A stretch of 24,060 nt of DNA from Oligoflexus sp. (GCA_041736305.1 JBGSTX010000019.1:1-24060), one strand, 5' to 3'. Positions 8,959 through 17,323 are shown, counted from the stretch's first letter. Numbers and translations are program-made. Notes: generated from the letters alone by a model not told the origin.

Positions 8959-9527
8959 TAAAGGTTATTCCTTTTAAAAAAGTTAATTTGGTCTTCGTAA
9001 TCAAGTAAACACACATCTGCATTGTTAGCGTCAGCTGCTTCTACCATACAGTAGACGAAGCCAAAATATATGTCTTCGAGGGCGTTGTAGGAGCCTTCGC
9101 CTGCGTTCCTATTCTCGAGGAACGACGACGCGCCTGCATACGCACTAACAGCCGCAGAGGCTTGCACCGGAAAACGTTCGGCCGTTGACTTAATCAGCTG
9201 CTGGCGGTCGGTGTTTTCGCGCTCAAGTCTATCGTAGGCTTTTTTGGCAGCTTGCTTGGCGCGATCCGTTTTCGCCCCTTCGGTGAGCCCCAGTATTAGG
9301 CCGACAGGACCGAGTACGGAACCCCCAATTGTTCCCAGTCTAAGAGCTTCTTTATTGTCCTCAAAAACGCTGCCAAGCGATCCTCCTATCTTCCATTCGT
9401 TGATAGGAGGGATTTTAATGCCAGGTATATCGATCTTAGGAAACTTAATACCGCCCCAACCCGCTGAAAAAGACGGAGTAGAAACTAGAGCGCCTGCGAC
9501 GACTGCTGCGGAAATGATCTTTTTCAT
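8958..9527 (-). CDS. Secreted glycine-zipper/coiled-coil hypothetical protein
   Basis: Signal peptide MKKIISAAVVAGALVSTPSFSA, then GTIGGSVLGPVGLILG followed by a charged helix. Confidence 0.75.
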   Translation of the reverse strand: MKKIISAAVVAGALVSTPSFSAGWGGIKFPKIDIPGIKIPPINEWKIGGSLGSVFEDNKEALRLGTIGGSVLGPVGLILGLTEGAKTDRAKQAAKKAYDRLERENTDRQQLIKSTAERFPVQASAAVSAYAGASSFLENRNAGEGSYNALEDIYFGFVYCMVEAADANNADVCLLDYEDQINFFKRNNL

Positions 9528-9596
9528 TAGTGAAACCCTGTATTGTTAGTGCGAATGCGTATTTTTTAAATTTGTTTTGTAATACTTGCGCGAGAA

Positions 9597-10055
9597 TCAA
9601 CCACCGATGCAATCGTCAAGCACGCCGACCACAGCAGTCTTTGTACCGACACACGCAGCTGTGCATGTCAGGTCGGCAAAACAGATGACTCCTAGCTCCA
9701 CAACGCCGGCGGCGCAAGCGCTACCGAGTACGCCGGTAGCAGCCGTATTGATAAAGCAACCAGCAACGTCAACATCTACTTTACCTTCGACACCAAGGCG
9801 TTTGGCGTAGTATTGGAGGCCACGAATTGGGTCGATATCTTTGAGTGCGTCTTTGGCGGTGTCGGGTGTTGCGCCGTTAACCCACTCTACCACGCTGTCA
9901 ATCGACAGAGGGCAGACGCGTATTTTAAGCCAACACTCATTCGCACCAAGAGGATTGCGCATGATGCACTTGTCTACTCCGTCACAGTTAGCGTAAGCGG
10001 AGGTGCTCGAGAGGAGAGAAACAAAGGCCAGGGACCTTAAAAATAAAGATTTCAT
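9597..10055 (-). CDS. Secreted 10-Cys protein with hydrophobic C-terminal hairpin
   Basis: Signal peptide ending SAYA. Cys at 24,30,41,48,100,114,125,131,135,149. Gly/Ala/Val-rich C-terminal third. Confidence 0.75.
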   Translation of the reverse strand: MKSLFLRSLAFVSLLSSTSAYANCDGVDKCIMRNPLGANECWLKIRVCPLSIDSVVEWVNGATPDTAKDALKDIDPIRGLQYYAKRLGVEGKVDVDVAGCFINTAATGVLGSACAAGVVELGVICFADLTCTAACVGTKTAVVGVLDDCIGG

Positions 10056-10285
10056 CGAGTGATAGTATCCTTCGCTATTTTATTTCGGTGGCCATACGAC
10101 ACAAGTAATTTCGACCATCAGAGAGGCAGAAGTTCGTGCTTCGGTCTCGGTACAAAATGGTCAAAAAAATATGCCATCATACTCATAACCTTCGTCTGAG
10201 ACTTACGGGGTATCACCTTCAAGCGCTTGCGGTGTCTGAGGTTGGGGTTTTACTGAGTTCGATCATTCTGATCAAGTTTGATTGA

Positions 10286-10314
10286 TTGACAAGACAGAAA
10301 ATTATCAACATGAT
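10286..10314 (+). promoter_or_regulatory. Sigma-70 promoter of the HTH-DUF4423 gene
   Basis: TTGACA (10286-10291), 17 nt, CATGAT (10309-10314). Confidence 0.55.
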
Positions 10315-10351
10315 GTCGCGATTTGAACACCGCGTTAAGCATGAGATCAAA

Positions 10352-11086
10352 ATGGCCAATAGCAAAGCTGACTCTCTTGTGAAGTACCTCGACAGATGGC
10401 TCGGGGCCAGTGGACGGCGTAACCTTCAGCTGCTTTCGAAGCAGTCTGGTGTGCCTTATCAAACGCTGCGAAGACTCGTACAAAGAGAGTCTGAACCTTC
10501 TCAAGAAACCGCCATGACTATTTTGAACATCGTTGCCTCTCTCGAAGAGACTCTCGACTACTTCGGAGACTCAGAAGCTGTAAGCAGCTTTTACAGGAAG
10601 ATTGCTAATAGCGTTAGCTTGGCGAGCCCAGAACTGATGAGTAGGTTTTTGGATAAGGATGGGTTTTGGACACTCATGCTGGCTTTCACAATCGGCGCAA
10701 CGAGAGACCGGGTAGAGAAGCTATTGGGAACGCTTGGAGTAGCCGAATTCGAAGAAATGATCTCTGAAGGGTATCTTACTGAGAAGTCTCCGGGCTTGTA
10801 CTCTGCGGGAACTGATCAAGCTATCCTCTACATAGAGAATAAGAGACTTGCCCATGAAGCTGTGATTCATATTGCTCAGATGCATTCCATTGACGAGCCC
10901 ATGGAGCGCTTTTTGGTTTATAATGTTAGCGTCGACGGCTACCGAAAGATGCGCTTAAAACTTGCCGAAGTTTACCAGGAGACAGACCTCATAGCTAGGG
11001 AGCACGAGGGTGACATTATGGTTGCGTTTTCATTGGTCGGGAAACAGGTCGCATCAAGCGTCGGAGGCTCGGATGAGAGCGTTTAA
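10352..11086 (+). CDS. N-terminal HTH + DUF4423 (TIGR02147-like) putative transcriptional regulator
   Basis: HTH RNLQLLSKQSGVPYQTLRRLVQRESEPS, then a winged-helix-like segment and a C-terminus (…YRKMRLKLAEVYQE…MVAFSL) resembling DUF4423. Start placed at ATG 10352, downstream of the promoter. Confidence 0.6.
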   Translation: MANSKADSLVKYLDRWLGASGRRNLQLLSKQSGVPYQTLRRLVQRESEPSQETAMTILNIVASLEETLDYFGDSEAVSSFYRKIANSVSLASPELMSRFLDKDGFWTLMLAFTIGATRDRVEKLLGTLGVAEFEEMISEGYLTEKSPGLYSAGTDQAILYIENKRLAHEAVIHIAQMHSIDEPMERFLVYNVSVDGYRKMRLKLAEVYQETDLIAREHEGDIMVAFSLVGKQVASSVGGSDESV

Positions 11087-11438
11087 ATTTGTTTGCCTAA
11101 TGTTTTCGTCTCTGTTTTCAGCGTCTGCTTTGGCTGGTGGGGTTACTGGTGGGACTGGGATACAGACGAACTTTGGAGCTCGTTCTACTTTCACAGGTGG
11201 AGCCACTGGCGGGTTTCCTGGGCAAACCATCGCCTCCAACTTTCGTCAAATCTTGCTAGATAGCGCAAATTTTAAAGTGCTTGAAATCCAGTCTTTGCGA
11301 GGATTGCCAGTTAACCTTGAGGGCGAAAGTCACCTAGTCGACTCGATGGACCTTGAGAATCGCACGATCGTCTTGAATCCTGAATCAGGTTTAGGAGACT
11401 CTTTAAAAGTAACAGAAGCAGAAACACTCTCAGATTAA
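11073..11438 (+). CDS. Small secreted protein with duplicated GGxTGG motif
   Basis: GGAGG RBS (11063-11067), ATG overlapping the regulator's 3' end by 14 nt, signal peptide ending SALA, mature N-terminus GGVTGG and a second GGATGG 20 aa later. Confidence 0.7.
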   Translation: MRAFKFVCLMFSSLFSASALAGGVTGGTGIQTNFGARSTFTGGATGGFPGQTIASNFRQILLDSANFKVLEIQSLRGLPVNLEGESHLVDSMDLENRTIVLNPESGLGDSLKVTEAETLSD

Positions 11439-11444
11439 TATAAG

Positions 11445-12164
11445 AGCCCTACTTCGGACCGGGATATTCTGCTCAGTTAAAATGCCACCACCAAGAAATT
11501 TTATTCGGGCAACCGGGTTTAGAAAGACAGTCAATCCGTCGAGAAGTGTCTCGTGGTATTCGCTAGGCTTCTGCAATTTAATTTTTTAGTCTGGTAGATT
11601 TTGGATTACATCTCTCAGAGACAAGAGACATATTCTCATCACGAGTCCAAGCGGATCCGGTAAAACTTTCCTTGCGACTGCATTGTAACAAAACCTTGCC
11701 GGCTCTGAAATACAGACAGATATTTTCCAAGTGACTAACTTGCTCGCTGAGTTGGAAGCTGCGCGTGAAGTGGGCCCCTTCCTTCGCACTATTAGTAACT
11801 TCAAGCGTCCGCACGTTCTAATAATCAACGATTGTTGCCTCAGCTCACTTTCAAAAGGACTTCTGTGAACTAATCGAAGAACGACACAGCAAAGCACTCA
11901 CGATCGTCACCAGCCAGCATCCCGTGAGTCTCTGGCACGGATTGATACGAAACCTGGGCATAGCAGATGCAATCGTCGATAGGATAGTTCACAACGGCAT
12001 CAGGATAGAGCTAAAAGGGGAGTCCCGGAGAAAGAAAACGACGGATCTTGACAGCGATCCAACAATAGCTTCATGAAGGAAAAGAGGCGTCGCTTTGCTG
12101 CGAAAACCTTCGAACGTGTGCCTGGACCCGCTCGGACTAACGGTCGCCTATCGTCGAATGCGCA
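11445..12164 (+). mobile_element. Truncated IS21-family element (right end retained, istA absent)
   Basis: The istB remnant is followed by GCGTCGCT… and ends in …GTCGAATGCGCA (12164), like IS21-type TG…CA termini. No istA or left end is visible. Confidence 0.7.
11457..12076 (+). pseudogene. istB: IS21-family helper ATPase remnant (stops and frameshifts)
   Basis: Manual translation gives HILITSPSGSGKTFLATAL* (Walker A), HVLIIND (decayed Walker B) and, after a frameshift, ELIEERHSKALTIVTSQHPVSLWH…ADAIVDRIVHNGIRIELKGESRRK, the classic IstB C-terminus. The 5' boundary is approximate. Confidence 0.9.
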
Positions 12165-12185
12165 AATAAGAATAGAAAGAACTAG

Positions 12186-12992
12186 ATGAGCACAAATCTC
12201 GATCGATTCAAGAAAGACTTGGCTAAACTCATTGAGCAAGGAGACGCACTTGAAAGTGCAATGTTGTTGGCAATTAATAAAGATGGTTTTAGCAAACAAG
12301 TAAAGTCCATTTTCAAAGACAAATCCGAAGACTTTTTGAAAAATTTGCCGAACTTCAACGAAGAATATGAAGCATGGTATTCAGAATCACTAGCGCTGAT
12401 AAAGCAGATACTCAATGACAGAATGTACAACTTTATTTCATATTACGAAAAGCCCAAATCGCGAAAATCTATCAACCATGAAAATTACACCATTCAAGAC
12501 TATTTGCTTGGAGTCTCCCTCCGAAACTACCTCAATGAAGTTATTGTTAATCAATCTGCTGCTTTACCTAAATTTCGACAACAGAGGAGTATTCTCAAGG
12601 CAGCACAAGCTAGATTCGAGAGCTCACTTTTCGATATTCAGCAAATTGTGCAGGCGGACTTGTTTGATAGTGAATTGGACAAAGCACGGGAACTGAATAA
12701 GCACAAGTTCGTCAGAGCTGCAGGAGCAATCACCGGCGTTGTTTTAGAAAAACATCTCAGACTGGTCTGTGACAATCATTCAATTAAAATCTTGAAAAAA
12801 AATCCCGGCATTGGCGATTTAAATGAGCTTCTCAAAACCAACTCTGTTATAGATGTGACTAAATGGCGGTTCATCTCGATGCTCGCGGATATACGGAATA
12901 TCTGTGACCACAATAAGCATATAGAGCCATCATTTGAACAAGTTGATGATCTTATTAATGGAACGGAGAAAACCATTAAATCTGTTTTTTGA
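12186..12992 (+). CDS. HEPN-domain (DUF4145-like) protein, putative RNase
   Basis: C-terminal RAAGAITGVVLEKHL…IRNICDH with the RNxxxH motif at 12894-12911. Visibly AT-rich relative to the flanks. Confidence 0.75.
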   Translation: MSTNLDRFKKDLAKLIEQGDALESAMLLAINKDGFSKQVKSIFKDKSEDFLKNLPNFNEEYEAWYSESLALIKQILNDRMYNFISYYEKPKSRKSINHENYTIQDYLLGVSLRNYLNEVIVNQSAALPKFRQQRSILKAAQARFESSLFDIQQIVQADLFDSELDKARELNKHKFVRAAGAITGVVLEKHLRLVCDNHSIKILKKNPGIGDLNELLKTNSVIDVTKWRFISMLADIRNICDHNKHIEPSFEQVDDLINGTEKTIKSVF

Positions 12993-13111
12993 AAGAGTCA
13001 GTTGCTTTAATTTAGAAATGAGTCAACAGACGATCCCTCGTAAGCATCTTGCAAGCGTAGGGTTTCGGCAGTCTCGGTCTTCCCAAAAATTTTCTTATAG
13101 ACCGCCTAAGT

Positions 13112-14932
13112 TTAAAGAGGCTTTACCCGAAACACGGCCGCAACCTTGAGAAGAATATAAAGAACTGCAGTCGCTTTCAAATTATCGAAGGAAACGTCTT
13201 CTGCAATACCGTGGTATGAGAGGTTTCGAAAGTTCCATCCAGCATTGCCTTCAATCAGAACCAACTTGAACATTTCGATTTCGCGAACAGGAAGATCCAC
13301 CACTTCTAGATTGTCTAAAAGGGCCGCTAAAAGCGAGCGATGCTGAACAGCTCCCCCCTCCTTCTCTGCATCAATGTACACCCCGGCTGCGTCCAAGCTA
13401 CGGCCAAGAAAGCCTTCGAAATATGATATTCCGTAAAAAAGGAACTGCATCGGGTCGTTCGCAACATAGCCATCGACCGCCCGCTGGCACTGGATAGCGT
13501 GTGCATCCAACCATCCTAGCGAGCCTTTGAGAATTTCTAAGAAGAAATCGGAGTTCCTGCCTAGCTCCGTAAAAATCGGATGCACCACTTCATTCATGAA
13601 CACAGCCATGTAGAGCAGCCGAAATTCCTTCTGACGGAACTGAGGGTCAGTTTCTGTTCCACCATCTTCACGATCCCCAACTATACGTCCAATGCCAAGT
13701 CTGCCTAAAAGAGGAGAGATTAAGGCTTGGTTCGATAGGTGATTCTCTACGGTTTCGTCGTCGGGAATATAAAGCATAACGAGTAGCTCAATCAAAGCCT
13801 TTTCTGTACGACCATGTTTCAATATGCCATCAACGATATTCCTGTAATCACCAGCGGACCAACCGAGTACTGGGGCAGGTTTCATTGCTCCAACAATGAC
13901 CTTAATCGCTGCTCTTTTTAGTTTGATTAAGTCTTTGCGGTCTTCTGATTTAAGACGTGATTTTCCTTTGAAGAGGAGTCTTGCAAAAATACCGGACGCG
14001 ACTGCACCTGGGTTTTTTTCGGCACATATTTCCAAAATATCTTTGGTCTGTTCCCACATTTCAGTTGCTCGAGTCTCCATTCCTAAAGCGCTATAAACCG
14101 CCATTAGTAAGTCTCTGATCGGTTCTAGTTTATCATAGTTCAAATTAAGCCCAGCAAGCACCCACGCTGAGTTAAGTTCAGCAATCAATTGGCCAATAAT
14201 TTGATGCTGCTTCAGACATTCACCCCATTTCGAATGTTTCATGAAGTGCAAAAGCAGTTGAGCTAGTTTCCATTTTATCACGCTATTCGGAGAACCCTGG
14301 TTAAGGGCATACTGAATAGTGCAGAAAAGATCCTCGAGATCGGTAAACATTCCAGGATATTTAGAAGCGAAATAGGCAGCCACTTGCAAAGTATTGACTG
14401 CACAATCATTGGGCAAATAGTCGGCATATCTAAAGAGATGTCGTGCGGCATCTGTAGCAGAAGCGTATATTTCCAAAACAACTTTGCGCTTATTATGGGT
14501 TGCCACCTCAGGAAATGAAATAAGTTGGAGCCGAAACCGAAACAAAGGGTTTTTCACGACAGGAATATATTTCAAAACTGTTGGACGAACATTATCGTCT
14601 ATCCGGATATCATAGCGAGTATTTTGGAATATTTCTCCTGGCAAGGCCTTGAGAACCCAAGGAGTTTGACGTTCATTAAATGATCCAAACTGCACGCCCG
14701 TGGCAATGGCAGCAAGAAACAGTCCGCTACGCCGATCTACTTCTGGAATACCCTCGGTTGCCAATCTCAGCTCATTACCAAAGGAAAAATCGATCAGGTC
14801 TATCACCTCTGAGGTCTCTATAGCAGAAACGATTTCATCAAGGCTGTTAGCTTGCCGAAACTTAGGTGACTCAAATCGCACGCCACTCTGATTCCTGGAA
14901 TCGGACTTCGAAACTTGCCAGATTTTATCCAA
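13112..14932 (-). CDS. Large helical protein with C-terminal HEPN (DUF4209-like) domain
   Basis: ISYFEGFLGRSL…GWNFRNLSYHGI with RNxxxH at 13211-13228. TTG start at 14932 has a GAAGGAG RBS (alternative TTG at 14956). Confidence 0.7.
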   Translation of the reverse strand: MDKIWQVSKSDSRNQSGVRFESPKFRQANSLDEIVSAIETSEVIDLIDFSFGNELRLATEGIPEVDRRSGLFLAAIATGVQFGSFNERQTPWVLKALPGEIFQNTRYDIRIDDNVRPTVLKYIPVVKNPLFRFRLQLISFPEVATHNKRKVVLEIYASATDAARHLFRYADYLPNDCAVNTLQVAAYFASKYPGMFTDLEDLFCTIQYALNQGSPNSVIKWKLAQLLLHFMKHSKWGECLKQHQIIGQLIAELNSAWVLAGLNLNYDKLEPIRDLLMAVYSALGMETRATEMWEQTKDILEICAEKNPGAVASGIFARLLFKGKSRLKSEDRKDLIKLKRAAIKVIVGAMKPAPVLGWSAGDYRNIVDGILKHGRTEKALIELLVMLYIPDDETVENHLSNQALISPLLGRLGIGRIVGDREDGGTETDPQFRQKEFRLLYMAVFMNEVVHPIFTELGRNSDFFLEILKGSLGWLDAHAIQCQRAVDGYVANDPMQFLFYGISYFEGFLGRSLDAAGVYIDAEKEGGAVQHRSLLAALLDNLEVVDLPVREIEMFKLVLIEGNAGWNFRNLSYHGIAEDVSFDNLKATAVLYILLKVAAVFRVKPL

Positions 14933-15055
14933 GAAAACTCCTTCGATAGGAATCAAGGATTGATAGATTGGGTGATTGTGATACGGAGAGCGTGGGGACT
15001 CTAGCTATTGGCGATTAGTAACAAAGCAAATATCGCATGGAAGGGATCGATGGCA

Positions 15056-15095
15056 AAGAAAAAAGCCCTTAGCTTACGCCGAGGGCTTTTTTCTT
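15056..15095 (-). terminator. Intrinsic terminator of tRNA-Asn (bidirectional architecture)
   Basis: AAGAAAAAAGCCCT (15056-15069) / AGGGCTTTTTTCTT (15082-15095), a perfect 14-bp inverted repeat with U-tracts on both strands. Confidence 0.9.
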
Positions 15096-15119
15096 ATCAA
15101 GTTCGCCATCGGTGAAAGA

Positions 15120-15195
15120 TGGCTCCTCAGGACGGGCTCGAACCGCCGACCCAGTGGTTAACAGCCACTTGCTCTACCAACTGAGCTACTGAGGA
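15120..15195 (-). tRNA. tRNA-Asn (GTT)
   Basis: TCCTCAGTAGCTCAGTTGGTAGAGCAAGTGGCT-GTT-AACCACTGGGTCGGCGGTTCGAGCCCGTCCTGAGGAGCCA, a 76-nt cloverleaf with encoded CCA. Confidence 0.98.
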
Positions 15196-15209
15196 ACTTG
15201 ACGGTCCTG

Positions 15210-15238
15210 AAATTATCTAAGATCGCGGGACCTGTCAA
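15210..15238 (-). promoter_or_regulatory. Sigma-70 promoter of tRNA-Asn
   Basis: TTGACA, 17 nt, TAATTT on the minus strand, ending 14 nt before the tRNA. Confidence 0.7.
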
Positions 15239-15248
15239 CAGCAGAAAT

Positions 15249-15764
15249 TCATTTCGCTTCGGGTTCCCGACCGAGTACCTTCGATACCACGTGCGACATA
15301 TTATCAATTTCAAACGGCTTGGTAATATAATCATCTGCACCTGCCGCAAAGCCGCGCTCAATATCTTCTTTACTACGCCGGCCAGACAAGAAAACAATAG
15401 GCACATTTCTCAAGACAGGATGCCGCTTTAGCATTGAGCAGAGTTCAATACCATCGACCCAGGGTAGGTTAATATCAAGCAGTATTAAATCGAGCTGTAC
15501 CGTGTCTAATACCTTAGCCACAGCCATGGCGTCCTCAGCAAGAATCACTTTATATCCATCGTGTTCAAGGATACGCTTAATAGCATTCCGCATAACCTCC
15601 TCGTCATCGACGGCGAGAATAGTCGGTTGATGCTGATGATTTTGCAGGCTACGAAAGTCGTTGAGATCCACAACCTTCTGACTCAGCATGCGCCTTTTCT
15701 GTATAGCCTCGACCTGACGCTTGATTGATGCCTGTCCTTTTGGACCAAACTGATGGCTACTCAT
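15249..15764 (-). CDS. Single-receiver response regulator with ~45-aa N-terminal extension
   Basis: ILAVDDE, LILLDINLPWVDG, FLSG, DYITKPF. Start is ATG 15764 (alternative GTG 15788). Confidence 0.9.
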   Translation of the reverse strand: MSSHQFGPKGQASIKRQVEAIQKRRMLSQKVVDLNDFRSLQNHQHQPTILAVDDEEVMRNAIKRILEHDGYKVILAEDAMAVAKVLDTVQLDLILLDINLPWVDGIELCSMLKRHPVLRNVPIVFLSGRRSKEDIERGFAAGADDYITKPFEIDNMSHVVSKVLGREPEAK

Positions 15765-15842
15765 TTCCCCAACCTTTCCTAGCGGCACGGATCCGAATCC
15801 TAGGAAGATAAAATGTCTATCTGGTAAGACTCTCTTCCGAGC

Positions 15843-15869
15843 TGGTCGGCATTCTGCTAAGAAACCTGA
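15843..15869 (-). promoter_or_regulatory. Sigma-28 (FliA)-type promoter
   Basis: TCAGGTTT-N11-GCCGACCA versus consensus TAAAGTTT-N11-GCCGATAA, upstream of the response regulator. Confidence 0.55.
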
Positions 15870-15925
15870 GACCTAAGCCGTTGAAGCCGTTTAATTCTCG
15901 CGTAAATAGTCCTGAAAGGCTGCAT

Positions 15926-17323
15926 ATGTTTAGCCCCTTAGCGGAAGAAGAGTTGACCGTTCATTGGCAATTGGCAAATCCTCCTATTCAAGCTAGCAGC
16001 TGGAAGTCGTGGGCAGAGAATGAAGCCGGACCACTCCACCCTCTCGAAGCAGAACTCAGCTGGCCGATCGGCACTCTATCCATCCTTGAAAACGCCTTTA
16101 AACAAAATCTCCCACGCAGTCGCGGCTGGGATCTTTCAGGACTGACCGTCGATGCGAAAGCTGCCTTTACCCAGGCTGCTTCGGTCTTTCGACGTGGAGT
16201 TCCATTGCGCGATGCAGGCGCTGACGTTCCGACGTTTTCCACCGAAGGACATTACGGCATTCGCCTCACATCAGCCTGGGATCCCAAAGATCTTTTCCCC
16301 GAAGGGGGCCTCGTCTTCGTTGATGATCGCGCGGCCGAAGCCTGGAAAATCCCCGAGGCAGCGCATATAGTTCCTATCCATATCGATGAGGCGCGGAAAA
16401 CCCTCACAACTGTAGCGAAAATATTGAAGCTAGCCGATGAACGCGGCCAGAATTATTCGGCTCCTTGGAGCATCGTTGGTGGCGGGATACTAGCCGATAC
16501 GGCTGCGTTCGCCGCCTCCCTTATCAAGAAACCTTTTCGCTTGGTCCCCACAACCTTGCTAGCCATGCTCGACGCCTGCATAGGCGGTAAAACCGGCGTC
16601 AATTTTCCGCCTTTTGGCAAAAATCAGCTGGGTCACTTTGCGTTTCCTGAGGAAGTTATGATTTCGACAGCCTGGCTGAGGACCTTGCCGCAGAGAGAGT
16701 TCCTAGCGGGGCTCAATGAGGGATATAAACACGCCCTCCTTATCGGCGACGCGAGCCTAGGTCGCGCCGTAGTCAAGCTCGACCAGCGCCCCGAGGACTT
16801 GCGCATGCATCTAGCTCGCCTCGTTCAAGTTAAAGCTCAGATCGTCGCCAAGGACCCCAGCGAACAAGGCATTCGCGTCGCCCTCAATCTTGGGCATACC
16901 CTCGCGCACGCGCTGGAGAGGGTTTCTCACGCGAATCGATCGGATTTTCCGCTGCTCCATGGCGAGGCGGTCGGTGTGGGTCTGCTCTTCTGTCTGGAAT
17001 TAAGCCACGCCCTCTCCTATCTCCCCCATTCGGTCTACCAGACAATGCGCAATCAACTGCTCTCCTCACGGCTCGTGATCAAGCCACGGCAGCTTCTAAA
17101 ACATCTTGGTTTTGGTGACCTCGTGCACGACGTGCTCATTGAAGAGCTGCTGATTGGGATCAAACAGGATAAGAAATCTCGCTCTCAAGATGGAAGCGAG
17201 TGGGTGCTCCTGCGTAACTGGGGCGAATTAGTAGAAGAAAGCGGACGCTTTACAGTCTCCATCTTTGACGATGACTTTAGGACTTTCTACCGCCGATTCG
17301 TCGAAAACTGGCTCAAGGCTTGA
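15926..17323 (+). CDS. aroB: 3-dehydroquinate synthase with N-terminal extension
   Basis: GGGILAD, PTTLLAMLDACIGGKTGVN, KNQLG, E..KH, LNLGHTLAHALE, LLHGEAV, DKK. Start uncertain (15881/15926). Confidence 0.88.
   Translation: MFSPLAEEELTVHWQLANPPIQASSWKSWAENEAGPLHPLEAELSWPIGTLSILENAFKQNLPRSRGWDLSGLTVDAKAAFTQAASVFRRGVPLRDAGADVPTFSTEGHYGIRLTSAWDPKDLFPEGGLVFVDDRAAEAWKIPEAAHIVPIHIDEARKTLTTVAKILKLADERGQNYSAPWSIVGGGILADTAAFAASLIKKPFRLVPTTLLAMLDACIGGKTGVNFPPFGKNQLGHFAFPEEVMISTAWLRTLPQREFLAGLNEGYKHALLIGDASLGRAVVKLDQRPEDLRMHLARLVQVKAQIVAKDPSEQGIRVALNLGHTLAHALERVSHANRSDFPLLHGEAVGVGLLFCLELSHALSYLPHSVYQTMRNQLLSSRLVIKPRQLLKHLGFGDLVHDVLIEELLIGIKQDKKSRSQDGSEWVLLRNWGELVEESGRFTVSIFDDDFRTFYRRFVENWLKA

Noticed and set aside
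10161-10176. Minus-strand TGGCATA…TTGA sigma-54-like motif
   Set aside because: Wrong spacing and no GC at -12.
8490-11450. 8-bp direct repeat AGAGCCCT (8490-8497, 11443-11450) flanking the secreted-protein/regulator module
   Set aside because: Too short to separate from chance, with no associated terminal repeats or recombinase.
11578-12430. Short minus-strand ORFs in the track
   Set aside because: They are antisense shadows of the istB remnant and the HEPN gene.
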